A DNA stretch of 64,000 bases from Polyangiaceae bacterium (GTDB lineage: Bacteria > Myxococcota_A > Polyangia > Polyangiales > Polyangiaceae): contig JANRKO010000019.1 in assembly GCA_033763455.1 (NCBI GenBank), forward strand, positions 96,001 to 160,000. Reading direction: 5' to 3'. Shown here piece after piece: positions 61,349-64,000 of this stretch. Position 1 is the stretch's first letter. Every line of letters starts with the position of its first letter. Below the pieces are notes generated by a model. It did not search any database and was not told the origin of the DNA. It saw only the letters and a list, made by a program, of their open reading frames with translations. The translations under genes and the position numbers were made by a program.

Positions 61349-64000
61349 GCTGACTCCTCGGCGTGTGGCTCCAAAGGCTCCGGCGGCGGCAGCATGGGGG
61401 CCTGGCCCAGAAGTGGCAACGCGAAGCGAAAGGAAGCCCCTCCCCCCGCGCGGTTTTCTGCCCAAATGCGACCACCATGCGCTGTCACGATGGCGCGACA
61501 AATCGCCAGGCCCAAGCCTACCCCGCTTGGGCTGCCTTCGCGCACGGCGCGGTGAAACTTCTCGAAGATACGCGCCTCCTGCCCTTCCGGGATCCCTGGG
61601 CCTCTGTCAGCCACTTCCACCACGACTTCGCCGGGCACCAGGGTCGCCACGATGTCGATCCCTCCTTCACTGTACTTGGCGGCATTCTCCAGCAGGTTGA
61701 TCAGTGCTTGCTCGATCAGGATAGGATCGCAGGGCATGAGCGGTAACCCTGGCGGAAGCTCTACCTTGAGCTCGCGGGCTTTCAAGCGAGCTTCCAAACG
61801 TTGTAGCGCGGAGCCCAACACTTCTTCGAGGGGCACCCACTCCTTTTTTACACGAATGGCGCCCGATTCGAGCCGGGTCATATCCAATAGATTGCGAATC
61901 AGCCGGTTGAGGCGTTCGGCTTCTTCCAAGATCGTCTCGGTGAGCTCACGCCGCACAGGTGCTTCGAGTGAGGGCACATCTTGAAGCAACGTACTGGCAG
62001 CTCCCGTGATCACGGCCAGGGGGGTTCTTAGATCATGAGACACGGAGCTCAGAAGCGAGCTTCGCAGCTGCTCAGTTTCGATTTCTTGACGCGCTTGGCT
62101 GGTCTCGGCCGCCAACAGGCTACGCTCCATCGCCAATGCCATTTGGGCGGCAAATGCGTCGAGATGGCGCCTTTGATCGATGGCAAGAAAGCGGTCCTTT
62201 TGCTCGGCTGTTACTCCCAAAACGCCCACGATCCCCCTCGAGGCAAGAAGTGGCACATAGAGGGTGGAGCCGCTCGGCAGCGTGTTGGTGCCTACCCCTG
62301 CTTCCTTCTTATTAGCCCAAACCCACTCGCCCACACTCACATCCCGATCTTGCGGCGGATTGTTGGTCGAGGCGCGTGCACACAAGAGGGAGCCTCCCCT
62401 ATCCTTGACGAACACGTTCACCGTGCTCCCAAAAGCCCTCTCGATCTGCTCTGCCGCCACCTGAATCACGGTGCCGCCATCCTCGGCAGCTGCAAGCTCC
62501 CGACTCAAATCATAGAGTGCTGTCGTTCGATGTTCACGCTGTCTGGCCGATAAAGCCTGATTGCGAACGCGTTCGGTAAGGCCACTAATTACCACGGCAA
62601 CCACAAACATGACCGCAAAAGTCACAATATGCCGCAAGTCCCCAACGGCAAAGGTAAAATAGGGTGGGACAAAGAAGAAGTCCAACGCGGCCACGCTGAG
62701 GAGCGCAGCCGATACGGATGGCCCGAGCCCAAAGCGACTGGCAACGAGCACAATGCCGAGTAAATACGTCATCACCACGTCCGCCAGCTGAGCGGGGCCA
62801 AAGATGACCCACGCCAGCGCCGTGGAGAGTGCCGTGACGCCGAGAGCAGACAAAAAACTGGGAATATTGAGGGGAACTGGCTGCGGTTTGTCGATTACGG
62901 CCTCTGCGGGATCGGGGTCGCCGGCGGTAACGAATACGTCGATATCACCACTCTTTTTGACAATTTGATCGACGAGCGAAGGCCGAAAGCGATCGCGCAA
63001 TCTGAGTGCCACCGGCTTACCAACGATGATTTTGGTGATGTTACGGCTTCTGGCAAACTCAATCAAAGCATTGGCCGTGTTCTCCCCGGTTAAGGTAGCA
63101 ACCTGTGCGCCGAGTTGCTGGGCCAGCCTCAAGTTCTGCGAGAGGCGGGCAGCGGCAGATGCCGGCAGCGGCCGGATCGCGTTGGGCTCTACATACACCG
63201 CAAACCACGAGGCATGAAGCGTGGAAGCCATGCGCCGAGCGGCTCGGAGGAGGTGCGCCGAATAGGGGCTTGCACTCACGGCCACCAGGATACTCTCGGT
63301 GGTGGCCCAGGTCTGCTCGATGTGCTGCGCCTTTCGATATTCACGCATCTGAGCGTCGACCCGCTCGGCGGTCGTGCGCAATGCCAGTTCGCGCAAAGCG
63401 ATGAGATTCCCTTTCCTAAAGAAATTCTCGATCGCACGCTGCGCCTGCGCCGGCACGTAGACCTTGCCGTCGCGCAAGCGTTCCAGAAGGTCATCCGCCG
63501 GAAGATCCACGAGCTTGATCTCGTGAGCAGCACCCAAGATGGCGTCAGGGACCGTCTCGCGCACGACGACACCGGTGATCTTAGCAATCACGTCATTCAG
63601 GCTCTCCACATGTTGCACGTTTAGGGTGGAAAAAACATCGATCCCGGCGTCGAGCAGCTCTTCCACGTCTTGCCAACGTTTGGGATGGCGAGAGCCCTCG
63701 GCATTCGTGTGTGCCAGCTCGTCGATCAGGATCAGATCTGGGCGACGAGCTAACGCCCCATCTAAATCGAACTCCTGAACCTCCACCCCTCGGTACACCA
63801 CTTTTCGCAACGGCAAAAGCGGCAGCCCTAAAACAAGTGCGGCGGTCTCGTAGCGCCCGTGGGTTTCCACGATCCCCACCACCACATCGCGCCTCTCGCG
63901 TTCGAGCTCCGCGCGCGCCGCCTCCAGCATCGCGTACGTTTTGCCGACCCCTGGAGCTGCTCCAAAAAAGAGCGTCAGCTTTCCGTGCTTCGCGCGCGCC
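61345..64000 (-). CDS. kdpD: Sensor histidine kinase KdpD (5' end outside the window)
   Basis: FFGAAPGVGKTYAML, DELAHTN, KRWQDV, USP, 4TM, GAF, SHDLRTPL, NLLENA, GLGL. Confidence 0.96.
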   Translation of the reverse strand, partial: ARAKHGKLTLFFGAAPGVGKTYAMLEAARAELERERRDVVVGIVETHGRYETAALVLGLPLLPLRKVVYRGVEVQEFDLDGALARRPDLILIDELAHTNAEGSRHPKRWQDVEELLDAGIDVFSTLNVQHVESLNDVIAKITGVVVRETVPDAILGAAHEIKLVDLPADDLLERLRDGKVYVPAQAQRAIENFFRKGNLIALRELALRTTAERVDAQMREYRKAQHIEQTWATTESILVAVSASPYSAHLLRAARRMASTLHASWFAVYVEPNAIRPLPASAAARLSQNLRLAQQLGAQVATLTGENTANALIEFARSRNITKIIVGKPVALRLRDRFRPSLVDQIVKKSGDIDVFVTAGDPDPAEAVIDKPQPVPLNIPSFLSALGVTALSTALAWVIFGPAQLADVVMTYLLGIVLVASRFGLGPSVSAALLSVAALDFFFVPPYFTFAVGDLRHIVTFAVMFVVAVVISGLTERVRNQALSARQREHRTTALYDLSRELAAAEDGGTVIQVAAEQIERAFGSTVNVFVKDRGGSLLCARASTNNPPQDRDVSVGEWVWANKKEAGVGTNTLPSGSTLYVPLLASRGIVGVLGVTAEQKDRFLAIDQRRHLDAFAAQMALAMERSLLAAETSQARQEIETEQLRSSLLSSVSHDLRTPLAVITGAASTLLQDVPSLEAPVRRELTETILEEAERLNRLIRNLLDMTRLESGAIRVKKEWVPLEEVLGSALQRLEARLKARELKVELPPGLPLMPCDPILIEQALINLLENAAKYSEGGIDIVATLVPGEVVVEVADRGPGIPEGQEARIFEKFHRAVREGSPSGVGLGLAICRAIVTAHGGRIWAENRAGGGASFRFALPLLGQAPMLPPPEPLEPHAEESA

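Overview
GC-rich, gene-dense bacterial chromosomal window. The gene content (TPR-AIM24 protein, CxGxC-repeat lipoprotein, FGE-sulfatase and Uma2 proteins, solitary groEL) suggests a myxobacterium (Myxococcota, Polyangiaceae-like); this is inference only. It holds mostly housekeeping genes (hisBA, lon-like, groEL, lutABC, greA, bamD and bamB-like, dut, accD-folC-yajQ-glmM-nagZ, tkt, mltG, ruvX, argC, thiS, kdpDE), two tRNAs (Glu-CUC, Gln-CUG) and a HEPN-MNT toxin-antitoxin pair. The strongest signals lie in an accessory-looking stretch at 47-53 kb: (1) a ~450-nt intergenic region on the minus strand with many nested helices and recurring motifs, a candidate large structured ncRNA of no class I recognise; (2) a perfect 31-bp palindrome just upstream of an AAA+/DUF4143 nuclease-fold gene; (3) a subtilase lipoprotein followed by a lipoprotein made of three I9-propeptide-like repeats. 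Elsewhere there are a full-length Lon whose catalytic serine is replaced by glycine, a probable CTG-initiated DUF433 gene, an unannotated 46-aa basic protein and three intergenic tandem repeats. No CRISPR array, integrase, transposase or reverse transcriptase was seen.
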